A stretch of DNA of 36,868 nucleotides, taken from a virus (taxonomy: Duplodnaviria > Caudoviricetes). The position numbers and the translations under genes are program-made. Numbering within the stretch: position 1 is the first letter of the stretch; each line of letters opens with the position of its first letter. This document shows positions 25,145-35,386 of the stretch, one piece after another. The stretch spans positions 1-36,868 of IMG/VR virus record IMGVR_UViG_3300023173_000043, one strand, 5' to 3'. A model generated the notes under the pieces. That model made no database searches, had not been told where the DNA came from, and saw only the letters and a list, made by a program, of their open reading frames with translations.

Positions 25145-25869
25145 TAGCGTGTGCTCCAGACATATTCAAGCTCAGAGTTACTAACGTCCCACGAGATAGC
25201 GTCAGAAAGATATTGCTTAGCTAAGGCAAATAATTCTCCGCTTGTCTGACCTCCAACCTCACCCCGCTCACGGGATGAATATGCCAAGGCATAGTACATA
25301 ACAGGGTCAATAGGTAAGCGAATAAGGTCGTCGTCATTCTTCATGGGGGCACTCACCTTGTATCCCTCCATCAAAATGGTCTGCACTCCCGCCGGTTCTC
25401 CGTTGTACTCCGCCTCGGTGTACTCACTGGCCGCGTATTCAGAAACGTCCGCAGTTGAGCCAACGTATTCTTCTCCGGGGACAGGCCAAAACCTAACGGT
25501 GATCTCATTGTTATCGCTGAAGCTGGGCGCGTAATACTGAGGAGTGCCTATCTGCTTCTTCTGTCTTGAGATCCAGCGTTCATTTGCTTCCTTCAAGCAG
25601 TTGCTAGTGCCTGCCCATCGTACTGTATAAATCGAGGCAGACTCATTTGAATCCGGTATGGGGTATCCAGCCACATCAAAACCTAAATCGACAAGCCATA
25701 TCTTTCTTTGAGCATTCCATGTGTGGGACTTATCAACAAACCGCCTTGCGTCATTCACAAACCTACACACAATCTTTTGCTGTGGGTCATTGTGTTCGTC
25801 ATTGACGGATGTGATCTCATCCTCGCGCATCCTAACCAATACCTCGTTGACCATCTCTAAATACGTCAT
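25144..25869 (-). CDS. Tail tubular protein A / head-tail adaptor
   Basis: Start at 'MTYLEMVNEVLVRMRE' (ATGA overlap at 25869); 'FVNDA', 'G.PQYY', 'FWPVP'. Confidence 0.8.
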   Translation of the reverse strand: MTYLEMVNEVLVRMREDEITSVNDEHNDPQQKIVCRFVNDARRFVDKSHTWNAQRKIWLVDLGFDVAGYPIPDSNESASIYTVRWAGTSNCLKEANERWISRQKKQIGTPQYYAPSFSDNNEITVRFWPVPGEEYVGSTADVSEYAASEYTEAEYNGEPAGVQTILMEGYKVSAPMKNDDDLIRLPIDPVMYYALAYSSRERGEVGGQTSGELFALAKQYLSDAISWDVSNSELEYVWSTR

Positions 25870-28121
25870 GCGAGCATTCCCATTCCTTTTGTCATATCGC
25901 TGTATAGCTTTTCTCTTGCGCGTTGCCACTTGTCTATCTTCATATACTTAAACAGCGGCCCCCACTCAGGGTCTTCGCTTACCTTGTTTCCACTTCCGAC
26001 ATTGCCAGAGAGAAGACCTGCCGCCGCACCAGCACCAGCAGGAAGCATCCACTCCGCGACACCTGAACCACCACCAGCGGCAGGTAAAGTCCACTCTCCG
26101 TAACTGTTACCACTACCCGTGCCTAATTCTTGATCTGATCCAGAGTTAGAGCCAGCAATTGTTGAGCCCTCCTCTGAGGACGCTAGATAGTTTTCAAGCT
26201 CCCGCTCATACTTCGCTCGCTGTTCTGGGTCTGTCTCTCTCAGGATAAGCTCGTAGATCTGCTGTGCCGTGACATCTCCGCCAAACAATCCACTAGAGCC
26301 AGATGGCAACGCGTTAAGATCCCCTGCGTACCGCTCATCTCCCTGCGATAAGGCTTGGTCTTCTCCCCCAGATGCGTCTTGATCTCCCTCCGATGAGTTC
26401 TCTGCTCCTTCTGACGATGTTGAATCCGACGAGGAGGATGATTCCGACTGCGAGGGATTGTCAGAGGTTGACCCTTCGTTAGCCTTTGTTGGTGGCGGAG
26501 TTGTTTCTGGCGTCCCGCCATCCTCAAGAGGAAGCTGAAGAATCCCGAATATCTGAGAGTTTGGATCTCTTGGCGCATCAGTAAAGGAGTAACGCTCATC
26601 AAGCCCTTGATTGGCTGTATTAATAAACTCGTAATTACTTTGATAAAGCTCTAATAATCTTTCGTGATCATTAGGACGCAATGCATTTACACTCCTTGAT
26701 CGTAGGGATTCATACTGAGCCATCTGCTCTTCCGACCAGCTGGACCAAGTGCCGTCGTCTGCTTGAGCATTGAGCCAATCAAGAGCCTCTTGGTCTGTTT
26801 CAGTCCAAGTCCCAAACTCTTCTTGCCTTCGCTCTAGCTGAGTTAGCTCTGCCCACTCCTCGCCATAACCATCATTACTAAGACTTAACAGCCCATTGTT
26901 GTAGCCAACGCCTGAAGTCCACTCATTGAAATAACCGCCAGGATTTGACTTAAATGCCTTAACCGTGGTGCTTGTGCCATCTCCAAAGTCAATAACACCA
27001 TTCTTATCAGCAAAGAATTTATTGCCTTGAGGATCAACAATGACAAACTTTGCCGCACCTAATACGGGATCTAAGATATTGTCGTTGAGCCATCCGGTTC
27101 CGACAGGGTTTACACTATCAAATAGACCGCCAGGGCCAACAAGCCCCGCTAAGTCAGAGCTATTCTCATATATTGTGCCTTCGTACTGAGGTAGCGCACT
27201 CTGTCTTGCATCGGAAAAGTAGTCCCCAACAACATTAATGCCGCCGGATATAAGACCATTAATAGCGGCTTGCTTTAGATCAATCTCACCATCAATAGCT
27301 TGATTGATTAACGTGCCACCACCACCAGTGATAAGACCCTCAACAGCAGACCCAGGGACTATGCCTGTCCAGTCCTGAAGACCCCCTGTCAGACCGCCTG
27401 TAAGGGCTCCAGAAATCACCCCCTCAGCAGTAACATCACCGCTAAGTGCTCCCGTTAAAAGCCCTGTAGCGGCTCCCTTGACTGCTCCTGTGCCAGCGGC
27501 ACCAAGACCCAAAGAACCACCAAGGGCAGTCCCTGCGGCACCTCCTAATCCAGCCCCTATTGTCCCGATAATTGCGGCTTTGGCGACATCATTAATCCCA
27601 AGCCTTGAGTCTTCGTTGATATCGGTACGCATATACCCATTGCCAGTCCACGTATAGGTATCGCCCTTATCGTCTACAATCGTGGGCGCAATGCCGTACT
27701 GATTCATCAATGCCTGATTCTCTTCAGACATTAACCATTGCTGGTATCCGCTCTGACGAGCGTTGTAGTTAGACTGCCTTAAGTCATTAACGTCAGTAAC
27801 CTGACCTGACCCTCTACTAAGATCTTCACCCTCTCTAAGTATTTGAGAAGGAGCCCTTTGGTCTATGCCCTCAGAAGTCCACCAAGACTGGTTGCCAAGC
27901 ATATCGTTGGCTTCACCCATGTAGGCAAGGTAGTTATCAAAACCGCCAAACGTCTGCTGAAGGTGTGGGTCATTGTTATATTGCTCCTGAAGCTGAGCCT
28001 GTGTTGCCGTTCCCCCAAAGTTAGGGGCCGCGCTGTCATCAGCTTGAGCCGCACCAAAGAGTCCAGACTGGCTTCTGGACTGCTCTTGATTAGCAATAAT
28101 GTTATAGATTGTTTCAGACAT
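25866..28121 (-). CDS. Gly-rich putative virion protein with a long hydrophobic G/A segment
   Basis: 751 aa; GxxxG-rich stretch 'AAIIGTIGAGLGGAAGTALGG...'; S/E low-complexity linker. Confidence 0.7.
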   Translation of the reverse strand: MSETIYNIIANQEQSRSQSGLFGAAQADDSAAPNFGGTATQAQLQEQYNNDPHLQQTFGGFDNYLAYMGEANDMLGNQSWWTSEGIDQRAPSQILREGEDLSRGSGQVTDVNDLRQSNYNARQSGYQQWLMSEENQALMNQYGIAPTIVDDKGDTYTWTGNGYMRTDINEDSRLGINDVAKAAIIGTIGAGLGGAAGTALGGSLGLGAAGTGAVKGAATGLLTGALSGDVTAEGVISGALTGGLTGGLQDWTGIVPGSAVEGLITGGGGTLINQAIDGEIDLKQAAINGLISGGINVVGDYFSDARQSALPQYEGTIYENSSDLAGLVGPGGLFDSVNPVGTGWLNDNILDPVLGAAKFVIVDPQGNKFFADKNGVIDFGDGTSTTVKAFKSNPGGYFNEWTSGVGYNNGLLSLSNDGYGEEWAELTQLERRQEEFGTWTETDQEALDWLNAQADDGTWSSWSEEQMAQYESLRSRSVNALRPNDHERLLELYQSNYEFINTANQGLDERYSFTDAPRDPNSQIFGILQLPLEDGGTPETTPPPTKANEGSTSDNPSQSESSSSSDSTSSEGAENSSEGDQDASGGEDQALSQGDERYAGDLNALPSGSSGLFGGDVTAQQIYELILRETDPEQRAKYERELENYLASSEEGSTIAGSNSGSDQELGTGSGNSYGEWTLPAAGGGSGVAEWMLPAGAGAAAGLLSGNVGSGNKVSEDPEWGPLFKYMKIDKWQRAREKLYSDMTKGMGMLA

Positions 28122-28124
28122 CTA

Positions 28125-29036
28125 TTAACAAGCCTCCGGTCCAAACCCTAGTTCGTCACCGCAATCAACAACTTCAACTTCTTCCCCGCCAATGACTACC
28201 CTGACCCTCAAGCCAGCGCCCAACAACGCTCTGATATCGTCTGCGCTTAAATACGATCCGTCAGCACTTTGATACTCACCACTGCTATTAGTGTCAGAGC
28301 TATTGTCGCTAGAATTGTTGTAAGAATCACTCGTGTTATAGCTACCTTCAGTATTTGTTTCACTTGATGTCTCAGTGTTTGTGTTATTCGAGTCAGATGT
28401 TGTTGTTGATGTGTTGGTCTCTGTGCTCGTTGATGTGTTGGTCTCAGTCGTCGTGCTAGTCGAGGCATCTGTCACCGTATTAGTCTCCGTCAATGACTGG
28501 TCAAGAGTCTCAGCCACGTAGTAATCACCACCAACCTGAGTTGTTGCCCTGTTAAGCCCTACCTGAGCCATACCCGTTACCGATCTCATAATGTCTGCGT
28601 CAGTCGCCGCATCCGCTATGGCTACCCTTGCCGCGTTGTCAGACTGGGTTTTGTTTACATCAGCTTGCAAGGCGGCTATGCCAACTTGTCCAAGGGTTGT
28701 CACGAGGGCAGGTGCAACGCTTTTGACCACCGCAAGAGCTTCGTTCTCTTCGCGCTGAAGCGTCACCAACGGGGCATCTTGTTGATCATCCTCGGAGGCT
28801 ACCCTGACCCCCATGACAACTGCGAAGGCATCCGCGCTATCGGGATTGGCCTTGACTATCTCTGCGGCGGCACTCCACATCTGCGCCTGTGCCTGTTCTC
28901 TCTGCAACGCAATAGCTTCTTTCGACTGTTGTTGGACCTTCACCATATCCACCTGGGCCTGCCTGTACTCCCGCTTCTCCTCTACAGAAGTACATCCCAC
29001 CATCATCAACGTCACTGCCACTGCTAATTTCTTCAT
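28125..29036 (-). CDS. Predicted lipoprotein with Thr/Ser/Asn-rich stalk
   Basis: TAAGGA RBS; signal peptide II-like MKKLAVAVTLMMVG|C; T/S-rich region near the C-terminus. Confidence 0.75.
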   Translation of the reverse strand: MKKLAVAVTLMMVGCTSVEEKREYRQAQVDMVKVQQQSKEAIALQREQAQAQMWSAAAEIVKANPDSADAFAVVMGVRVASEDDQQDAPLVTLQREENEALAVVKSVAPALVTTLGQVGIAALQADVNKTQSDNAARVAIADAATDADIMRSVTGMAQVGLNRATTQVGGDYYVAETLDQSLTETNTVTDASTSTTTETNTSTSTETNTSTTTSDSNNTNTETSSETNTEGSYNTSDSYNNSSDNSSDTNSSGEYQSADGSYLSADDIRALLGAGLRVRVVIGGEEVEVVDCGDELGFGPEAC

Positions 29037-29046
29037 AAAAGAATCC

Positions 29047-30326
29047 TTATGGTGTAAGCCCCACAAAATTTACGCCTTGATACTGAGCATCCCAAACCGC
29101 CGACAATGTATTTGGAATGTCTACATACACGCCCCACGCAACACCGCCACCGAGAACCGATCCCTGAAATGCCTTCCACGCCCCTCGATTAGCCACACTA
29201 TATAAATCTAGGCTAACCCCATTAACGTGTAGCTCATTAAGATCATCGTTATTTAATTGAGCCGCAAGCTGGTTTGCGTCAGTGCCAGAAGTACAGCCCC
29301 AGAAATAAAATCGGTTTGTCTCGTCCCTGTTGCCTTCTTTATGCCCAAAGCCGACATACGGAGCCTTGACTAAGTATTCTGGTGGGCTTGTCCTAAACTC
29401 CCAAATCCTTACCGTATTGTTTACTGAGCCAATCGTGATTCTATAGTTGTCTCTAAAAACCGGCTTATCGGATTCCATGTTTCCGACATGGCGTGTATTT
29501 GAGCATCGGTGGAACTCTGGGTTTTCGGAATCTGGCTCCTCTGTAGTGAAGCTAATTTCATCAAGATCAAAACTAATATTAAACGTGCTTCCTGACTCTC
29601 CAAATGCAAACCTGGTAGCGGCGGCATTCCCATCATCACGATTTACAGCCCAAGTAAGATCAATATCAACTAGCCCGTTATCTTCTTCGAAATACTCAGC
29701 TACCGTTTTCTCTGAAACCCATGTTTTCTCGTTATAGCCTTCCGTACCAGTCCAAGTGATAATGTTGATTACGCTTGGACTTTGGTAATAGGACTCGCAC
29801 TGCGCGATTGGATACCCATCAAAATGAACATTGTTCCACACCGCTGACGAGGACCAGTAATGCTCTGAATGAATCTAATAGCACTAGCTACTAACTTGAG
29901 CTTACAGTTAAAATCTGTATCAACGAGCTTCCACTTCTTCATATCAAAAGTGAATTTGGCTTTTCCGTTTTGCCAGTAAATTCTCTGCTTGGTATCTATC
30001 TTGTAGACATTTTGAATTAAGAAACACCGTTTGTTCTGGTAAATATTGGCGCTGGTGTTTGATCTACTAGAATCTAAATTAGGCGGCGCGCCTTGAGGCA
30101 CGTTTGGCCTTTGCGTAAGACGATGCGATAAAGAATCTATCAGCCCTATATCCTCGGCATTATTTGGCCCATATACTTTCCAGAAAAACCTATCAACAGG
30201 ATCAGGATAAACAATCTTGGAGGGCCATATCTTTTCAGTGCCAAGGTAAACCTCCTTGACATCCTGATTGCCCAGCTTTAGCTGGCCTGTCAGTACCTCA
30301 GTGTCACCTTTGTATATAGGGGCCAT
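29047..30326 (-). CDS. Tail-fibre tip/receptor-binding protein, split by a probable frameshift near 29870
   Basis: N-terminal 'LKLGNQDVKEVYLGTEKIWP' motif typically follows fibres ending 'DPNTLYFV'; the two ORFs overlap 73 nt and the second has no evident RBS. Confidence 0.6.
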
Positions 30327-30329
30327 TCA

Positions 30330-32360
30330 TCACACCACGAAGTAGAGAGTGTTGGGATCAGTGCCCGTCTTGCCCACCACAATCTTTATGTCGGACACGG
30401 TGCTACCAGAACCAGCAGATACAGTCTCGCTTTTCAAATAACCCTGACTACCGTGATTCCCCCACGAATGCGCAGAATTCCAGTTGCTAATGTTTGTCGT
30501 TGATATCGACTTAACGTGGCCTGGAACCGTGGGATCAGTCTCGGTGTAGCTCTCAAGATATTGGCTATGGGTGTGATCGCTTCTTGAAACAGTAGCCGCA
30601 GAACCCGAGCCAGCGAAGTTCTTATTGAACGCGCTATTCTTTGGGCTGATGACAGGCTCGTAAACGCCTGAGTGGTTGTGCCCCTTGTCGGCGTACCACT
30701 TATCAGTCTCGGTGCGGTCTACAGAAACAACAGGCTCCGAGGGCTTGCTGTCATCGACAGAGATACCCAGCCCCTGAACAACGTCAGTCACACCTATATC
30801 AGCCATCTCGCCCAAGAGATACCAGCGACTATTCGCATAGCCAATAAAGTTACCGGCGTTTACTACAGTGCCAGAGATTCCCGTCCAACTAGCCGCCGCT
30901 GTGCCTTGCGTGTTATTGACGTAAAGATCGCCCTGCTCCGCCGAGGGAGCCGCTTGAGCAACATTGGTTGAACCCTTAAAGTTCAGTGCAGTCTGTATAA
31001 AATCAAAATTGTCTGCGCTCCATGATGAGCCATTCCAAATGAGCAGATCATCCTTTGTTGGGTTTGACGCGCTAACATCCGAAAGATCATCTAAAGCGTG
31101 ATCGTGATTATCAAAATCATTTCTCAGCGCAGAGATGTCGCCAGCGTTGGTATTGATCTGCCCCTGAAGATTCGCTATGTCACCATCGTGATTCCCGATG
31201 ATAGAGTTACCGTCAGCGTCTAGGTAGTCTTTGGCTTGTACCGTTGCATTCGAGAAATTGACGGCACTGATGTATTTGCCTATCGCAAACTCAAAGTCAC
31301 CGGCGGCGGCATCTTCGCCAATAGCAACGGCAGTATCACCTGCCTTCGCGTTAGACCCTATCGCAACACCACCGATCTTTGAATCAGCGTCAGCGCCAAT
31401 AGCTACTGATCCGCCTTGGCCCTTGACGCGATTCCCTAGTAAAACCTGATCGTTATGATAAATCTCAGTGCTGGGATTCCATCCCAAGATAAGATTGTGG
31501 TTGGTTTCGTTGTTATGCACCCAATCAAGATCGGCCTCTACGTCATTCTTGTCTGGATACCACGTATCAAGCTCAGAACGATCAACACTGACAACAGGCT
31601 CCGATGGCTTTGAATCATCTACCTCAATTGCTGTGCCAGGGCTAACCTTCATCACGCCGGTATCGGCCATGTTTCCGAGCAAGTACCACCTGTTATGGGT
31701 GTCTGCGGCATAGCCAACAAACTTACCGGTAGTTACAGCAACCCCAGACAACACGCCCCAGCTTGCATTTAGTGTTCCGTCCGCGTCAAAGACATAAAGA
31801 TCACCGGCCTCTGGATTGGCCGGGGCATTTGCTGTTGGTGCTATGCCCCCTTTGAAGCGGAGTGCTGTCTGAATAAAGGCAAAGTCATCCGCCACCCAGT
31901 TAGTACCGTTCCAGATAAGCAGGTCGTCCCTGTCTGGGTTGTTGCTCGTAACGTCACTCAGGTCATCAAGAGCGTGTTCATGGTTATCAAAGTCATCACG
32001 GAGGTTGTTAATCTCTGTTTTGTTTCCTGCAACATCGCCCTCAATGTTCGTGATGTTCTCATTGATGGTGTCGATCTCAAGGTTAATGTCTTTGATGGCA
32101 TCGGCATTGGACTCTACGTCTACCTTAATGCCGTCAATCTCAAGATTAATGTCCTTGATGGCCTCAGCGTTGGCGTCTACCTGTATATGAAGGTCACCAA
32201 TCTCACCGTTTTCATTTGTAAGCTCTTGGTGAACATTTTTTAGGTCGGCACTGATGGCCTCGAAGTCTTCGGATAACTCCCGGCCCATAACCCTTTTATT
32301 GGGATCGCCACGCTCAAGAGCGTCCTTGGATCGGTAGTCATGCTTGGGGCGGTATGCCAT
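30330..32360 (-). CDS. Tail fibre with coiled coil, internal duplication and YadA-like head repeats
   Basis: GGAGG RBS before ATG 32360; heptad repeats; duplicated 'LRxDFDNHxHALDDLSDV...KPSEPVVSVDR' module; xAIG repeats; C-terminal 'DPNTLYFVV'. Confidence 0.85.
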   Translation of the reverse strand: MAYRPKHDYRSKDALERGDPNKRVMGRELSEDFEAISADLKNVHQELTNENGEIGDLHIQVDANAEAIKDINLEIDGIKVDVESNADAIKDINLEIDTINENITNIEGDVAGNKTEINNLRDDFDNHEHALDDLSDVTSNNPDRDDLLIWNGTNWVADDFAFIQTALRFKGGIAPTANAPANPEAGDLYVFDADGTLNASWGVLSGVAVTTGKFVGYAADTHNRWYLLGNMADTGVMKVSPGTAIEVDDSKPSEPVVSVDRSELDTWYPDKNDVEADLDWVHNNETNHNLILGWNPSTEIYHNDQVLLGNRVKGQGGSVAIGADADSKIGGVAIGSNAKAGDTAVAIGEDAAAGDFEFAIGKYISAVNFSNATVQAKDYLDADGNSIIGNHDGDIANLQGQINTNAGDISALRNDFDNHDHALDDLSDVSASNPTKDDLLIWNGSSWSADNFDFIQTALNFKGSTNVAQAAPSAEQGDLYVNNTQGTAAASWTGISGTVVNAGNFIGYANSRWYLLGEMADIGVTDVVQGLGISVDDSKPSEPVVSVDRTETDKWYADKGHNHSGVYEPVISPKNSAFNKNFAGSGSAATVSRSDHTHSQYLESYTETDPTVPGHVKSISTTNISNWNSAHSWGNHGSQGYLKSETVSAGSGSTVSDIKIVVGKTGTDPNTLYFVV

Positions 32361-32361
32361 C

Positions 32362-33102
32362 TTATGCCTCCATGCTTTCAATGGTAGATCGCAGGTTAGC
32401 AAGCATATTCTGCTTGTACTCTTCAAAGGTCGATGAGCTCTCTAAGATCAATGACATACGCACAAGGTAGTCATATACGTTCTGGTTTGATCCAAGCTGG
32501 GCTTGCTTGAACTCATTGAACTGCTCAAAATTAATGGAGTCTTGATTGTTCACACCACGGCCAAGGTTTACTACCTTAAAGCCCCCTGCGTTAAAGCTGG
32601 GAATGTGACCGTCATTTGATGCGGGGTCTTGTACCAGCTTCACGCCCCTGCTCAGGAAGAGTGTTCCGGGGGTAACGTCACCTAGCGAAGTATCAGGCAC
32701 ATTGCTCGGATCTGTGTAGCCTACATAAACGTCACCGTGGAATACGTGCTGGTCGTCGTTGCTATCACCAAGCTCGGTTGAGCTATCTGAGGAAATCAAA
32801 CCTTTTACGTGCAACTTCCCTAAAACAAGCTCTGGATCGTCTCCAGTTTCTCCACCATCAAGAAGGTCCAATCTTTCTTCGTGATTGTTGATTCTTAGTT
32901 CGTGCTTAACAAGCTCGTCGTAGGCATTCTGATTAGACTCTAGTTGCGCTTCCTTCCAAGCATCAATCTCGTTTAGCTCTGTAGAGATCGCATTGAAATC
33001 AGCATCGACCTCTGAGCCTTTAATTACTTTGTCCCCGTTGCCTGTCGGGAGCGTATCTTTATCCCCGAAAAAGGTAGGGCCATTAGGTCGTTCAAAACTC
33101 AT
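32362..33102 (-). CDS. Tail fibre/needle-like protein
   Basis: N-terminal anchor 'KDTLPTGNGDKVIKGSEVDADFNAI' shared with the next gene; coiled-coil segments. Confidence 0.7.
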   Translation of the reverse strand: MSFERPNGPTFFGDKDTLPTGNGDKVIKGSEVDADFNAISTELNEIDAWKEAQLESNQNAYDELVKHELRINNHEERLDLLDGGETGDDPELVLGKLHVKGLISSDSSTELGDSNDDQHVFHGDVYVGYTDPSNVPDTSLGDVTPGTLFLSRGVKLVQDPASNDGHIPSFNAGGFKVVNLGRGVNNQDSINFEQFNEFKQAQLGSNQNVYDYLVRMSLILESSSTFEEYKQNMLANLRSTIESMEA

Positions 33103-33122
33103 AACAATCTCCGAAATATGGT

Positions 33123-33143
33123 AAAGGGGGCCTTTCGACCCCC
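33123..33143 (-). terminator. Terminator-like hairpin after the major capsid gene
   Basis: Minus: GGGGGTC-GAAA-GGCCCCC-TTT. Confidence 0.65.
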
Positions 33144-33150
33144 GTGGTTC

Positions 33151-34044
33151 TTAACCTGCAACCCACATGACAACACCGTTGTCTTCACGGTAAACGTCCT
33201 TACCGTAAAGCGTGTCGGCAGTCATCAGGTCTGCAAGGTACTCTTGCTTGTACTGAGTCTGTACACGTACACCCAACTGCTCAGCAAATACCAGAGCGTC
33301 AGTGTGGAACAGAAGACAAGGCTTCTCGCCAGAATTATTGGCGGTCAGGTTGGTAGAGACATAAATGTCTACACCATAGAGCTCACCAATCTTCCCGTTC
33401 ACAACACCACGACCATTTACAAAGTCCGAAGACACGTACCGGTCGATGCCCATGATTTGATTACGAGCCGCAGGCGGGATCACCAGCTTACGGTTGTCCA
33501 TAGGTACATCGTTGTCGTCGAGGACCTGAATCGCATCACGGAAAGCCGCGTCCGAAAAATCCCCTGCTGAGCCGTCAACGGAAGGAACAACTAAACCCGT
33601 ATCAGTACAGTGACCTTGAGTAGTCCACTCGGTCAGCGCAACTTCAATAAGGTCTGAATCAACCTTACGAGCTAACGCATAACCTGCATCCTGAGTGTAA
33701 AAGCGACGAAGACTGCTGAGTGCTTGCACATCAACGATATCTTCAATCAGCTTTGAGTACTCCCAATGCTGGTCAATAACGATTACCTTCTCCTCTTCGG
33801 TGTTGGCAATCAGGGTTACTTGCTGTTCAGCTTTCTTCTCGTTCGGATCAGAGCGAAATGGCTTAGGAATATGGATGGTGTCACCCTTCTTCCCAGTCAT
33901 CTTCATCTGACGTACAAGAGGCTTCATGACGAGCGAGTGCTCGTACTCAGCAATGATTTCGTCACTCCAAATTTCTGGAATGAATGTCTTAGCACGGGTC
34001 TTAGTGACTGCGTCACCCTTTGCCCAAGTCTGGTCTAAAGCCAT
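33151..34044 (-). CDS. Major capsid protein (P22-coat-like HK97 fold)
   Basis: 'FIPEIWSDEI', 'GKKGDTIHIP', 'AGYALARKVDSD', 'NGKIGELYGVDIYVS', 'DTLYG'; follows the scaffold gene. Confidence 0.92.
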   Translation of the reverse strand: MALDQTWAKGDAVTKTRAKTFIPEIWSDEIIAEYEHSLVMKPLVRQMKMTGKKGDTIHIPKPFRSDPNEKKAEQQVTLIANTEEEKVIVIDQHWEYSKLIEDIVDVQALSSLRRFYTQDAGYALARKVDSDLIEVALTEWTTQGHCTDTGLVVPSVDGSAGDFSDAAFRDAIQVLDDNDVPMDNRKLVIPPAARNQIMGIDRYVSSDFVNGRGVVNGKIGELYGVDIYVSTNLTANNSGEKPCLLFHTDALVFAEQLGVRVQTQYKQEYLADLMTADTLYGKDVYREDNGVVMWVAG

Positions 34045-34062
34045 GACCGTTCTCCTTTAAGG

Positions 34063-34869
34063 TTATCTAACTCTCCCCTCGGCATAGGCCATGAGGATTT
34101 CGTCCTCATTGTCCTCATACCACTGGGGATCATTTACTTTTCTTCGGCGCAACTCGCTTCTCTTAAAGATCTTGCGAGATGAATAGCCTTCTGGGTTTGA
34201 TGGTGAATTGCCTGTTGAGGCTTCCTTCACCGCACTTTTTCTGGCTTTAGCTCCAGCTTCCTTCGTTTTTGCGACTGAGCCTTTTAGCTCCTTAAAGTTG
34301 CTAACTAACTCATCTGCCGCTTCTATCGAATACATCTGATCGGCTTCATAATGTAGCCGTTGTCGCACAGGGGTTGCTTGACACCACGCCTTGAACTCTT
34401 CTGAGTTAATGATCTCTCCAAAGTCAGGGTGCTTAGCCAGCATCTTCTGTACTCCAGCCTCACGCTTCATCTGTGCTGTTGCTTGCTTGAATTCCTTGAT
34501 TACCTCGTGGTTTTCAATCGAGCGGCTTACCGCCTTCTTGGGGTCCACAAAATAATCAACGTCATCATCTTCACCAGAATCCGGTTCTTGCTCGGGTTGT
34601 GCCAAGGGCTTAGTAGCTACTTGCTGTCGCAATGCGGATAGCTCGTTACCTTGACGGTGCATAAGTGCCTCAAGCTCACGATGCATCTTGGCTATTTCCT
34701 TCGCAGACTTACCGCGATAGGCAACGCCAAGCTCCTCATCATCTCCAGCAACCTGTTCGGCAGGCTCCTCGTCCACCTCTTCATGAAGCTCATTAGAGCT
34801 CTCCAAGGCTTCCTCGGTCTGTCCTGCTTCCTCTTGCTCTTCTGCCTCTTGTTCAATCCATGTAGCCAT
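34063..34869 (-). CDS. Capsid scaffolding protein
   Basis: Acidic N-terminus, 'YRGKSAKEIAKMH.ELE..M.RQGNEL..LR', C-terminal 'AYAEGRVR'; upstream of MCP. Confidence 0.85.
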   Translation of the reverse strand: MATWIEQEAEEQEEAGQTEEALESSNELHEEVDEEPAEQVAGDDEELGVAYRGKSAKEIAKMHRELEALMHRQGNELSALRQQVATKPLAQPEQEPDSGEDDDVDYFVDPKKAVSRSIENHEVIKEFKQATAQMKREAGVQKMLAKHPDFGEIINSEEFKAWCQATPVRQRLHYEADQMYSIEAADELVSNFKELKGSVAKTKEAGAKARKSAVKEASTGNSPSNPEGYSSRKIFKRSELRRRKVNDPQWYEDNEDEILMAYAEGRVR

Positions 34870-34982
34870 TTTTCCGCTCCTTAAAGGTCTATCGGAATTG
34901 TGTTTCCCCGCTCCACAAAGGGTCTGTCGGGGCTTTATTAGGGATATATTGCTGACTCACCGGAAATAAGTTAGCTATCCCT

Positions 34983-35243
34983 TTACTGAAGTAGCGTCGA
35001 CTCAATGCCGTAACCACCTTCAATCTCTTTCTCGGCATGAAGAATCATGTCTTCATACGCCAGGATGGTTCGCAATGTTGCTAACCGTCCCTTTTGAAAC
35101 ATAAGATCATCTGCGTCTTTGCAGTTATCAATCGTGCAGTCCTGCACCATCTCTCTAACCTGCTCCATAAAGTCTTCCCAGCCCTTGAGCATGAACATCT
35201 CTCGAGCCTCATCGACTTCTTTGTCTGTAATCTGAATCAGCAT
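34983..35243 (-). CDS. Conserved head-module hypothetical protein
   Basis: 'F...GW..F...LMFQKGRL..LR.IL..E' pattern typical upstream of scaffold genes. Confidence 0.75.
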   Translation of the reverse strand: MLIQITDKEVDEAREMFMLKGWEDFMEQVREMVQDCTIDNCKDADDLMFQKGRLATLRTILAYEDMILHAEKEIEGGYGIESTLLQ

Positions 35244-35386
35244 TCAACAGATTCCTCTGGCTTTTTCTGCCGTGGCTTTCTTTCTGCCTTCTGCTCAAGC
35301 GCAGTGATACGCTTGTTCATCTCCGTAAGAATCCTCTCGCAGTTAGCGACCATCTCATTAAACTTCTTCTGATCTACTGGTTGCAT
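35237..35386 (-). CDS. Small coiled-coil hypothetical protein (49 aa)
   Basis: TGATG overlap; MQPVDQKKFNEMVANCERILTEMNKRITALEQKAERKPRQKKPEESVEC*. Confidence 0.7.
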   Translation of the reverse strand: MQPVDQKKFNEMVANCERILTEMNKRITALEQKAERKPRQKKPEESVEC

